Source: an uncultured Chitinophagales bacterium
Lineage (GTDB): Bacteria > Bacteroidota > Ignavibacteria > UBA10030 > F1-140-MAGs086
Length of the DNA stretch: 64,000 bases
Assembly (NCBI GenBank): GCA_964358705.1
Contig: CAYHPL010000002.1
Span: 173,017-237,016, forward strand
Direction of reading: 5' to 3'
A program made the translations under genes and the position numbers. Shown here piece by piece: positions 48,801 through 56,845 of the stretch. Numbering within the stretch: position 1 is the first letter of the stretch; the number at the start of each line of letters is the position of its first letter. Below the pieces are notes generated by a model. That model saw nothing but the letters and a program-made list of their open reading frames with translations. It made no database searches and had not been told where the DNA came from.

Positions 48801-49584
48801 ATGCAAGTACATCTCCGTTCGGGGCAATATCTCCGGAATGAATGTATTCGCCGTATTCTGTAGTATTACGTATGAACGTGCCATTATTTTTCCATTCCCA
48901 CAATCCGCGTATTTCTACCGGTGCAGCAATGGAAGCAAACCCATTGCCGTATTTATCTTCGATAATGCTGTTTACAGATAATCTTATTTTTTGTACGGAA
49001 AGTTTTTGTATCCATTGTCCATTTTCTAAACAATATAATCCGTTCAATACGTTCAGCCATATTTTTCCGGATTTTGTACGGAACAAATTTAAAACTAATC
49101 TACCACCTGCATCAACGGGAAGTGCAAAAGGAGTAACCATTCCATTCTCGTAAATGGAAAGAGTTACATCCTGGATGATGAGTAGTTTATTTTTTTCAAA
49201 TACAATAATGTTATTTACATTTTCAAGAGGAAGGAGTTGAAATCCGTTTTTATTTCCTTCGTAAGCTCTTCCATCAATAATGACGAATATGCGATTATTA
49301 TACGATTCATTGATGAGAGCAGGCAATCCGTGTGGAATTCCTTTCGATTCATCTATGGGAATCCATTGATAGCCATCAAAATATGCAATGCCATTTGAAG
49401 TACAGACCCAAATTGTGCCATCGGAAGTTTCAAGAACAGTTAAAATATTATTGGAAGGTAATCCGCTTGCAGTTGTGAACTGAACCCAACGCCATTCTTC
49501 TGCAAATTTTTCTTCCTGAGTATAAACAATACCCGTGCAGTTGAGAATAAAAATTAACACACAGTATAATGGAACCGATTTCAT
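45817..49584 (-). CDS. Hybrid sensor histidine kinase / response regulator. A periplasmic two-component-regulator-propeller plus Y_Y_Y sensor is followed by a TM helix, PAS, HisKA, HATPase and REC. There is no DNA-binding domain.
   Basis: The N-terminus has a signal peptide plus repeated beta-propeller blades. The kinase core includes an H-box IAHDFNNLL, an N-box ITNLCINARDAM and a G-box DTGVGM. The REC domain reads LLVVEDEELL...LVLSDIGLPKLNG. Confidence 0.85.
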   Translation of the reverse strand: MKSVPLYCVLIFILNCTGIVYTQEEKFAEEWRWVQFTTASGLPSNNILTVLETSDGTIWVCTSNGIAYFDGYQWIPIDESKGIPHGLPALINESYNNRIFVIIDGRAYEGNKNGFQLLPLENVNNIIVFEKNKLLIIQDVTLSIYENGMVTPFALPVDAGGRLVLNLFRTKSGKIWLNVLNGLYCLENGQWIQKLSVQKIRLSVNSIIEDKYGNGFASIAAPVEIRGLWEWKNNGTFIRNTTEYGEYIHSGDIAPNGDVLAYHESNELRLRKHDKWIALPPLPQHIQNIQYICYRNNGDAWIGTNNGLYLFRQSSSRWSSKKYTTPDSRNRINEILKTSRDEIWFGTGSGVEILSPGGEKTSTTHIGKIPLNEITALGEDNEGGIWLGSGNSFKGTFRWYNNQWEHFPILNNDDGVYIHKIRKDHKGRLWFLGLSPSPFTSKEQQPGAYVFESGKFTRWSTAEGLIHGRVYSFVEGKDGAFWFATIGGISKWKNGKWKHWTSDQGLISNRIFTVVIDSSNQLWFADQFNGIGTINAHDEIHYYSTSDGLISAKVWELCVASNGTLWYASSGGLGCFANNQWSTFGGSTGLHNSRLWSLLPIKDKILAGTLGAGLAILNLKENVQPYPRIIIQEPITDNEQTVIRWNVFGYWGEPMPQFIQTRFRLDTLAWSEWSTLREISLQKICSGEHSILLQARTLFGNFDVNGTHKIFTTPLQWYKRPVFYLPTGAMFLMIIVLWITLKARKTTHARELLESETRYQELFEESKDIIYFGTPQGKLLDINQTGLDVFGYASKEEMLKIDIANDLYFNPKSRTPIIQIIANTGYLKNYELVLKTKTGKKLYILETSTAVRNKRGDFIAIRGIMRDVTEHREIEAQLRQSQKMETIGKLAGGIAHDFNNLLGIISGYSSLLTEQIQNNPTVEKSTVAIQKAVKRGAKLVEQLLTFARKNETTFEPVILFDFFHEIFKIITDTFPKTIECKIQNDENIPFVIADSNQLHQAITNLCINARDAMPDGGCITLSASTVKSSFLQIKYPSASANEYVCISVADTGVGMQEDIKQHIFEPFFTTKEQGKGTGLGLSVTYGIVRSHNGFIDVESTQGKGTKFSIYLPMYEIQWESKQQQHLKTENFHGKETLLVVEDEELLGEIVCANLTKTGYNVLWAKDGEEAVNIYTDNRHNISLVLSDIGLPKLNGADACRKMLLMNPQLKIIFVSGLFEPNIYSSFSGTGVKSFLQKPYDIPFVLRKIRETLDEQ

Positions 49585-49768
49585 TGATATTTCAGAGGAA
49601 TTTATAGTGGACGACTTTTTTTTGTTTTGCTGTCCGCAAAAAAAATTCCCCCTGCATTCAACAATGCTGCATTATTTTACGGACAAATTGGATGTAAAAA
49701 TAAACGATTTGGAAGAATAAAAAAAATGAAATCATTCAATTCTTCATACACAATTTGTATGCGGATTG

Positions 49769-50644
49769 TTACACCCAGTCACGAGGCGCTTGTAACACGC
49801 GCAATAATTTTTCTTCTTCAGAATTAATTACAGGAGAATGATTGTATTTCCAATGAACAACAGAAGGCAGAGACATTAAAATTGATTCAATCCGTCCGTT
49901 CGTTTCCAAGCCGAACAAAGTTCCTCTGTCGTAGAGCAAATTAAATTCCACGTAACGTCCGCGGCGAATGAGTTGCCATTCTTTCTGTTGTGTGCTCCAA
50001 TTTTCATTTCTTCGTCGTTGTAAAATAGGAATGTAAGCATCGAGAAATGCATTGCCAACATCTTGTACAAATGAAAATGTTTTTTCCATTTCCTCTTTGA
50101 GATAATCAAAAAATATTCCCCCAATGCCGCGCGTTTCATTTCTGTGCCTGATAAAAAAATATTCATCGCATTTTTTTTTGAATGAAGGATACAACGTTGT
50201 ATCGTGTGCGTCGCAAACTTTTTTTAACACGGAGTGAAAATGTATTGCATCTTCTTCAAATAAATAATACGGAGTTAAATCCATTCCGCCACCAAACCAC
50301 GCCATTCCATTTTCTAATTCTAAGTAACGGACATTCATATGCACTGTTGGAATTAATGGTGAAAACGGATGCAAGACAAGTGAAACACCAGTAGCAAAAT
50401 ATTGTTGCGGAGCCACATTCATTCTTTTGGCGAGCGCATCAGAAAATACTCCTGATACAGCAGAAAAATTCACACCCGCTTTTTCAAAGACATTTCCGTT
50501 TTGAATTATTCGTGATTTTCCGCCGCCGCCACTGTGATGTTGCCAACTCTCTTCGCTGAATTTTTCATTGCCATCAACTTCTTCCAGTGCTGCGCAGATT
50601 GTATTTTGCAGTTGTTCGAAAAAAATCTGAACGTTTTTTTTCAT
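49769..50644 (-). CDS. hemF: Oxygen-dependent coproporphyrinogen III oxidase
   Basis: SWQHHSGGGGKSRIIQNGNVFEKAGVNFS...RGIGGIFFDYL match HemF. Confidence 0.9.
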   Translation of the reverse strand: MKKNVQIFFEQLQNTICAALEEVDGNEKFSEESWQHHSGGGGKSRIIQNGNVFEKAGVNFSAVSGVFSDALAKRMNVAPQQYFATGVSLVLHPFSPLIPTVHMNVRYLELENGMAWFGGGMDLTPYYLFEEDAIHFHSVLKKVCDAHDTTLYPSFKKKCDEYFFIRHRNETRGIGGIFFDYLKEEMEKTFSFVQDVGNAFLDAYIPILQRRRNENWSTQQKEWQLIRRGRYVEFNLLYDRGTLFGLETNGRIESILMSLPSVVHWKYNHSPVINSEEEKLLRVLQAPRDWV

Positions 50645-50647
50645 ACG

Positions 50648-51703
50648 CTATTTGCTATGATACTTTTTACTTTCTTCTTTCACTGTTTCCACCAAAAGTT
50701 TTGCATTTTCGACTGGTGTTTCAGGTAAAATTCCGTGTCCGAGATTGAAAATGTGTCCATCGCCTTCGCCGAATTTATCGAGAATTGTTTTTGCTTCGTC
50801 CACAATTTTTTCCTGCGTTGAAAGAAGAATCAGCGGGTCAAGATTTCCCTGCAATGCAGTACGTCCTCCGACAAGATAGCGCGCGATTGCAACATCCATC
50901 GTCCAGTCAATGCCGATAACGTCGCAGTGTGTTTTTGTTTGGTCATCAAGCCACGTTCCCGTTCCTTTTGAAAATAGGATGATGGGAACGTTATGAAATT
51001 TTGCTTTTACTTTTTGAATGATGAAATGAATGTATTGCAATGAAAATTCTCTGAAATCATCGTAACTCAACATGCCGCCCCACGTGTCAAAAATCTGCAC
51101 TGCATCCGCGCCTGCTTCAATTTTTGCGCAAAGATATTCTGCAACAGCGTCTGCAATTTTTTCCAATAATTTGTGAGCAAGTTTTGGTTCAGAAAATAAC
51201 AACGTTTTTGCTTTTTTAAAATCTTTTGTTCCGTTTCCTTCAACCATATATGCAAAAAGTGTCCAAGGAGAGCCAGCAAATCCAATGAGCGGAACACGTG
51301 CGTTCAGCATTTTTTTTGTTAATGAAACTGCATCGAGAACATATTTCAGTTTGTCAGTCGGGTCAGGAATAATTAATCGTTCAATATCATTCGCTGTTGC
51401 GATTGGATTTTCTAAACGTGGTCCGCGTCCTTCATCAATTGTCAATATCATTCCCATCGCTTCGGGAATGACGAGTATGTCGGAAAATATTATTGCTGCA
51501 TCAACGCCAACAATATCAATTGGTTGCATTGTTACTTCGGCGGCGAGTTCCGGCGTTTTGCACATTGTGAGAAAATCATATTTACTGCGTATTGCGCGAT
51601 ATTCAGGAAGATAACGTCCTGCTTGACGCATCATCCAAATCGGAGTACGTTCAGTGTGTTGCTGTTTGCAGGCGCGGAGAAATAAATCATTTTGTAAAGG
51701 CAT
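50648..51703 (-). CDS. hemE: Uroporphyrinogen decarboxylase
   Basis: NDLFLRACKQQHTERTPIWMMRQAGRYLPEYR is canonical HemE. Confidence 0.95.
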   Translation of the reverse strand: MPLQNDLFLRACKQQHTERTPIWMMRQAGRYLPEYRAIRSKYDFLTMCKTPELAAEVTMQPIDIVGVDAAIIFSDILVIPEAMGMILTIDEGRGPRLENPIATANDIERLIIPDPTDKLKYVLDAVSLTKKMLNARVPLIGFAGSPWTLFAYMVEGNGTKDFKKAKTLLFSEPKLAHKLLEKIADAVAEYLCAKIEAGADAVQIFDTWGGMLSYDDFREFSLQYIHFIIQKVKAKFHNVPIILFSKGTGTWLDDQTKTHCDVIGIDWTMDVAIARYLVGGRTALQGNLDPLILLSTQEKIVDEAKTILDKFGEGDGHIFNLGHGILPETPVENAKLLVETVKEESKKYHSK

Positions 51704-51712
51704 TGATGTGTG

Positions 51713-52468
51713 TTATTTTTGTTGTGTTAAAAAATCGTTGTGAAAAAGGGTGTCAATTAAAATTATCTGCGAAGGATGTATGCCGTATTTTATGCACGCT
51801 TGTTTTGTCGTTTCGCCGATAACCGCGAATGTAATGGCACTTGAATTTTTACATTCCGAAAATATTTCGAGGAAATGCTGCACGCTTGAGGGAGAAAAAA
51901 ATGTAACGACAGAAATTAAACCGAATGCAAGTTGATATGCAATTGATATTTTTTCATCTTCATTTATTTGCGGTTGTATTGTGCGATATACTACTATGGA
52001 ATCAATTGCAATTCCATTTTCCTTTAAAATTGCTTGTAGTGTTTCATCGCTTAAATCGCCGTGTGGAAACAGGAATATTTTTTTCTTTGCAGCGCTGCTG
52101 TGTACAATTGCTTCCGCCAACTCTTTTGCAGAAAATTTTTCAGGAATTGTTTCGATACGGAATCCGGCATTTTCTGTTGTTTGCTTCGTGGTTGCGCCAA
52201 CTGCGTGAAATATTTTATCCGAAAGTTTTTCAAAAGCGCTCTTTGTTTTACAACGGGTGAAAAAATAATGAACTGCGTTTGTGCTGGTAAAAATTATGTC
52301 TGAGTACGTGTCAATCGCATTTATTTTTTCATCCGCATCATTCCACGAAAGGGGAGAAGTAATTTCAATTGTTGGGAAAAATAGCGGTTCGTAATTGTGT
52401 GCAATGAGTCGCGATGCAAATTCTTCTGATTGTTCTTTGGTGCGGGTAATAAGTACTCTTTTCATCAC
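51713..52468 (-). CDS. hemD: Uroporphyrinogen-III synthase
   Basis: It is ~250 aa and lies between hemC and hemE. RVLITR...FFPTIEI matches the HemD family start. Confidence 0.75.
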   Translation of the reverse strand: MMKRVLITRTKEQSEEFASRLIAHNYEPLFFPTIEITSPLSWNDADEKINAIDTYSDIIFTSTNAVHYFFTRCKTKSAFEKLSDKIFHAVGATTKQTTENAGFRIETIPEKFSAKELAEAIVHSSAAKKKIFLFPHGDLSDETLQAILKENGIAIDSIVVYRTIQPQINEDEKISIAYQLAFGLISVVTFFSPSSVQHFLEIFSECKNSSAITFAVIGETTKQACIKYGIHPSQIILIDTLFHNDFLTQQK

Positions 52469-53382
52469 TTGCGGATTTCGTCAAGTATTTTTTCTCCTCC
52501 CGATTGTAATAATTTTTCTGCAAGAGAAACGCCGATACGTTCTGCATCGTTGCAATTCCCGTTGAGTGCATCGCGCACAAATAATTTTCCATCAAGACTG
52601 GTAATTGTTCCTGTAAGAATAATTTGATTACCGGAGACAATTGCATTTGCGCCGATAGGAACCTGACAGCCTCCCTCCAGCCGTCGTAATAATGCGCGTT
52701 CTGCTTTCACTGCATAACCGGTTTCTGCATGATGAAGTTTCTGCACAATTTCTTTTGTTGCGATATCATCGTTGCGTGTTTCTATTGCAATTGCACCTTG
52801 TCCGACAGCCGGTAAAAGTATTGCAGAAGAAATTATTTCTGCAATGCGCTCTGCATAGTTCATTCGCTTCACTCCTGCGCACGCAAGTATCATTCCGTCC
52901 CACTCTGATTCATCAAATTTTCTGAAACGTGTATCTACATTTCCGCGCAATTCTACAATAGTAAAATCGCTGCGAAAATGCATTAACTGTGCGCGTCGTC
53001 GTAAACTTCCTGTTGCAATTGTCGCATTGAGCGGAAGTTGTGCAAGCGGAATATTATTTCTTGAAATTAAAACATCGTGGACATCTTCACGCTCCAGAAT
53101 ACTTGCAAGCGTTAATTCATCGGGAAGAATGGACGGCACATCTTTTAAACTATGTACGGCAAGGTCCACTTCTTCATTCATCAACGCATTTTCCAGTTCT
53201 TTTGTGAAGAGTCCTTTATCGCCGATTTGCGAGAGCGCAGTATCAAGTATCTGGTCGCCGATAGTTTTGATGATAATAATTTCAAATGTATTTTCCGGAA
53301 AATATTTTTCTAATTCTGTTTTTACAAAATGCGTTTGCCAAAGTGCGAGTTTGCTGCCGCGTGTTCCGATACGAATATTCAT
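52465..53382 (-). CDS. hemC: Hydroxymethylbilane synthase (porphobilinogen deaminase)
   Basis: IRIGTRGSKLALWQT and the cofactor-binding Cys region (GGCQVPIG) are present. Confidence 0.95.
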   Translation of the reverse strand: MNIRIGTRGSKLALWQTHFVKTELEKYFPENTFEIIIIKTIGDQILDTALSQIGDKGLFTKELENALMNEEVDLAVHSLKDVPSILPDELTLASILEREDVHDVLISRNNIPLAQLPLNATIATGSLRRRAQLMHFRSDFTIVELRGNVDTRFRKFDESEWDGMILACAGVKRMNYAERIAEIISSAILLPAVGQGAIAIETRNDDIATKEIVQKLHHAETGYAVKAERALLRRLEGGCQVPIGANAIVSGNQIILTGTITSLDGKLFVRDALNGNCNDAERIGVSLAEKLLQSGGEKILDEIRK

Positions 53383-54650
53383 TGCTTATCTTTCTCTAAT
53401 CCAAACAAATGTTTCACTGTCTGGTTCAATGTGTGTTTATCAAAATGTTGCTGTCCGTTGCTTTCCTTCATACTGATAGTGGGCGTGTGGAGTATTTTAT
53501 TGATTATGGATTTTGTAATGATGTCCACTTTTTCCAATTCATTTGCAGAAAATTTGTGCTTATTTTTTTCCATTTCCTGAAAGCGGATTTCTTCAAATTT
53601 ATCGCGCAGGAGTTTTATTGTCGGCGTTACTTCCTGCGATTGTACCCACGCAATAAAATTGTGAAGTTCTTCATCAATTATTTTGTGCACTTTCGGAATT
53701 TCCGCAAGCCGTCTTTCATAGTTTGTTTTTGAAACCATTGCAAGCGAATCCATATCTTCGAGAAACACATTGTCTAGTTCCTTTGTACGCGGGTCAATAT
53801 TGCGCGGCACTCCGATATCAATTATCAACAGTGTTTTGGATGTTCGCTGTGCGCGTGCTTTGCGGACTTGCTGTGCAGTGAGTATGTATTCATTTGTGTT
53901 TACCGAACTGATAACAATATCCATCTCCTGCAATTTATCTGTCATCTCATCAAGCGCAATTGCTTTTCCGTGAAATTCTTTTGCAAGACGTTCTGCATTT
54001 TCCTTTGTACGGTTTGCAATCGTCAGTTCGCTGATTCCTTTTTCGACAAGATAGCGTGCGGTGAGTTCTGCAGTTTCTCCCGCACCGATGAGCATTGCTT
54101 TTTTATTGGTCAGTGTTGCAAATATTTTTTCGGAAAGTTCCACTGCGGCATAACTGACAGACACTGCCCCTTCATTTATTTTTGTTTCGCTGCGGACACG
54201 TTTTCCTGTACGCAACGCAACATTGAATAACTGGTGCAGCGTTGAGCCGACTGTGCCGCACGATGTTGCAAGTTCGTATGCGTCTTTTATTTGTTTTAAA
54301 ATCTGGTCTTCGCCAACGATAAGCGAATCAATACCTGCGGCAACTTCGAGCAAGTGCCGTGCTGCTTCATACGAATGTTGAATGTAAAAATGGGATGGGA
54401 GAATTGTTCCCTGCGCCGATTTTTTTTCGACAAGATACGTGATAATATTTTCCGGTTGCTCTGTTTCCTGTTCCGCATAACCAAACACTTCCGTTCTATT
54501 GCACGTAGAAAGTAACACGCCTTCTTTCAGATTTTTGCTGACAAATTCCGGCAAGAGCGGACGCGCTTCTTCTATCGTGTAATACAGTTTTTCCCGTATC
54601 TCCACCGATGCGGTTTTGTGATTGAGTCCGATGAGAAGCAAATCGTTCAT
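53379..54650 (-). CDS. hemA: Glutamyl-tRNA reductase
   Basis: LLIGLNHKTASVEIREKL, the catalytic Cys (LSTCNRTEV) and the NADPH-binding MLIGAGETAEL are present. Confidence 0.95.
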   Translation of the reverse strand: MNDLLLIGLNHKTASVEIREKLYYTIEEARPLLPEFVSKNLKEGVLLSTCNRTEVFGYAEQETEQPENIITYLVEKKSAQGTILPSHFYIQHSYEAARHLLEVAAGIDSLIVGEDQILKQIKDAYELATSCGTVGSTLHQLFNVALRTGKRVRSETKINEGAVSVSYAAVELSEKIFATLTNKKAMLIGAGETAELTARYLVEKGISELTIANRTKENAERLAKEFHGKAIALDEMTDKLQEMDIVISSVNTNEYILTAQQVRKARAQRTSKTLLIIDIGVPRNIDPRTKELDNVFLEDMDSLAMVSKTNYERRLAEIPKVHKIIDEELHNFIAWVQSQEVTPTIKLLRDKFEEIRFQEMEKNKHKFSANELEKVDIITKSIINKILHTPTISMKESNGQQHFDKHTLNQTVKHLFGLEKDKQ

Positions 54651-54669
54651 TTATATTTTTTACAATCTG

Positions 54670-55491
54670 CTAATTAAACCGGTGAAAACCTGAAATTGCA
54701 TTCGTCAGCGCCATCGAAAGAAACGTAATGACAAATCCGACAATCGAAATGACCGCTAATTTTTTTCCCTGAAAACCAATAATCTTTTTGAAAATAATTC
54801 CTATTGCATAAATCAGCCAGATAATCAGCGTAGTAATTACTTTCGGGTCGGTGTATGTAATATTGGGAAATGCCTGCGGCAACCAGATAAATCCGACAAT
54901 TAAAACAAAAGTAAAAGCAAAAAAACCCACAAGAACAGATTTCCATACGAGTGATTCAAGCGCTTCAAGACTTGGTAGATTGCGATAAATATTATCAAAC
55001 GTGCGCGTGCGGAGTTTTTTATACAGCATCATATACAGCAAGCCGTAAATTGCAGAAAGCACAAAGGCAGAATAACCAAGCAGTGCGGAAACAATATGAA
55101 ATGAGAGCAACTCGCTTTTAAAAATATCCAGTACACCGTATTTGTTCGGCGAAAAAATAGAAGCGATAGTAACAAGGAACGATGAAATTACCAACACAAA
55201 AAAGCCGGTATTTTTTACTTTGGTAATGTATTCAATAAAGATATACGCACCGGCAAGAGTAAAACCAAGAACGGAGAGCAATTCCGCCGGCGAAGTTACA
55301 GGTACATGTCGGAATTCCGCTGTGCGGAGGAGAAGATAGAGGAAATGAAATCCGAGCGTGGTAATTAAATAGTGCGGCTTCAGTTGGCTCGAACGGAAAT
55401 CGTTATTGTAAAATTCCCTGCCATACCGCCACGTTGTTGCGAGGTAGAGAACAGGGAGCGCGATTTGTAAAATAATTATTGCGTTGTACAT
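54670..55491 (-). CDS. hemX: HemX / CcsA-family integral membrane protein (cytochrome c assembly protein family). It is the first gene of the hem operon.
   Basis: It is an 8-TM, ~273-aa protein immediately upstream of hemA, as in hemAXCDBL-type operons. The assignment rests on position and topology. No WWD motif was seen. Confidence 0.5.
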   Translation of the reverse strand: MYNAIIILQIALPVLYLATTWRYGREFYNNDFRSSQLKPHYLITTLGFHFLYLLLRTAEFRHVPVTSPAELLSVLGFTLAGAYIFIEYITKVKNTGFFVLVISSFLVTIASIFSPNKYGVLDIFKSELLSFHIVSALLGYSAFVLSAIYGLLYMMLYKKLRTRTFDNIYRNLPSLEALESLVWKSVLVGFFAFTFVLIVGFIWLPQAFPNITYTDPKVITTLIIWLIYAIGIIFKKIIGFQGKKLAVISIVGFVITFLSMALTNAISGFHRFN

Positions 55492-55689
55492 TGCATAAGT
55501 TCAAATTTCGGGCGAAAATATACGAAGACGAGAAGTATAAACAGAAAATTCATTGTAAATTCTCAATATTGAAAAATAAAATAAGACATACCTGGCTTAT
55601 TTTGAGAATCGCAGTGCAATTTTAGCAAAATCTCCGTTTTCGTATGTATTCCCTCACTCATTAAATCAATAATTGTGCCAAAAAAAAAA

Positions 55690-55716
55690 GAGCATTTCGT
55701 AATTGGAAATGCTCTG
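55690..55716 (-). terminator. Rho-independent terminator (minus strand) ahead of the hem operon promoter
   Basis: On the minus strand AGAGCATTTCcaattacGAAATGCTCT forms a 10-bp stem followed by T9. Confidence 0.6.
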
Positions 55717-55756
55717 TAAATGGGAAACTCCGAAATTTTACTAAAAAAGGCATTTT

Positions 55757-55867
55757 GCCTATTGTAACTTTTTGCAATGCCACCGTGAACGTTCATTGCC
55801 CCATTGCAACTTTTTGCAATGGCACTGTGAACGTTCATTGCCCTATTGTAACTTTTTGCAATGGTAT
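55757..55867. repeat. 41-42-bp-period tandem array, ~2.7 units. Each unit contains the palindrome ATTGCAA-N4-TTGCAAT. It is related to the 35784-35947 array but in opposite orientation.
   Basis: The unit TGCCC(C/T)ATTG(C/T)AACTTTTTGCAATGGCAC(C/T)GTGAACGTTCAT starts at 55757, 55797 and 55838. Its reverse complement is GCCATTGCAAAAAGTTACAATAGGGCA.. , which aligns with ACCATTTCCAAAATTGGAAACAGGGCA.. of the first array. Confidence 0.8.
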
Positions 55868-55904
55868 AAACCAGACTTTTTACTCTTTGTTCATTTTTGT
55901 GGTT

Positions 55905-56045
55905 TATTGTCATTCCGTGCTTGACACGGAATCTATTTTCTTTCAATGGATACCCGCTTGCGCGGGTAAGACAATATGGTGTGCGGTTCATAACAATCTT
56001 TCTTAAACGCAAAGTCCGCAAAGGGAAGAGCAGAGTTACGCAAAG
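55905..56045. repeat. Inverted copy of the ~150-bp hairpin-rich repeat element (compare 35519-35682)
   Basis: GTCATTCCGTGCTTGACACGGAATC, ACCCGCTTGCGCGGGTAAGACAATATGGTGTGCGGTTCA and AAAGTCCGCAAAGG..CAGAGTTACGCAAAG are reverse complements of the 35519-35682 sequences. Confidence 0.7.
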
Positions 56046-56058
56046 AGTTTCTAAAGAT

Positions 56059-56709
56059 TCATTTCTCTTTTGTAATAATTTTTGGAACGATATGACAGTC
56101 AGTAAGTTTCCATTCATAGTCATCCATAATAGTTCCTCCAGTTTTTGTATGAAGGTTTACGATGCCGATGATTGGCACAATAGAATAAGTTGTTCTTCCG
56201 CGTGTATCAATTCCATAATTTCTATCTTCAACTATAAAACTTTGAGTATAATTACCATAAGGAACAGATACTTCGGTTTTACTCAATACCCGAATTGTAT
56301 CATATCCATATCCGGAAATTGATGGATTGAGCCAATAATTTCCTACAGTAAATGGGAGAATTAACAATAAATTCCGCGTAGAGTTTTCGAGTGTCGCATA
56401 GCGATAAAGTGTATCATTACAATTCGCAATGAACCAAAAATCTTTATCACCATCAATACTCCATTTGTATAATTTAGTTCCATCGAGATGACGGAGGGTA
56501 TCTGTAATAATAATGGTCATTTTGCGATGAGTATGTGCATAGTTATCAGTTACAGAGTATGTCCATGATGTACCGATGGTATTCGGGAAATATTCGTTGA
56601 TTGTTGTATGATTTTGATGTTGTGGGGCAGGTTCATCAATGATTGGTATTTCTTCTTTACACGAAGAAATAATAATGATTGCAAGGAGTAGTATATAAGT
56701 ATTTTTCAT
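56059..56709 (-). CDS. Hypothetical lipoprotein
   Basis: Lipoprotein signal MKNTYILLLAIIIISSC. No recognised domain. Confidence 0.45.
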   Translation of the reverse strand: MKNTYILLLAIIIISSCKEEIPIIDEPAPQHQNHTTINEYFPNTIGTSWTYSVTDNYAHTHRKMTIIITDTLRHLDGTKLYKWSIDGDKDFWFIANCNDTLYRYATLENSTRNLLLILPFTVGNYWLNPSISGYGYDTIRVLSKTEVSVPYGNYTQSFIVEDRNYGIDTRGRTTYSIVPIIGIVNLHTKTGGTIMDDYEWKLTDCHIVPKIITKEK

Positions 56710-56845
56710 AATTATTTCCTTAAAAAATTCGAGTGTAATAAACAAAATTATTCCAGTTTTTCCAACACATCCATTTCTCTTTCCAACTTCTTCACCGTCG
56801 CTTTGTGAAACACAGCAGAAGCAAGTGCGCGCGGCGAACTTCTTC

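Noticed and set aside
55563-56123. 186-aa ORF on the minus strand
   Set aside because: It spans the terminator hairpin, the tandem array and the inverted repeat element, so it is a read-through artefact.
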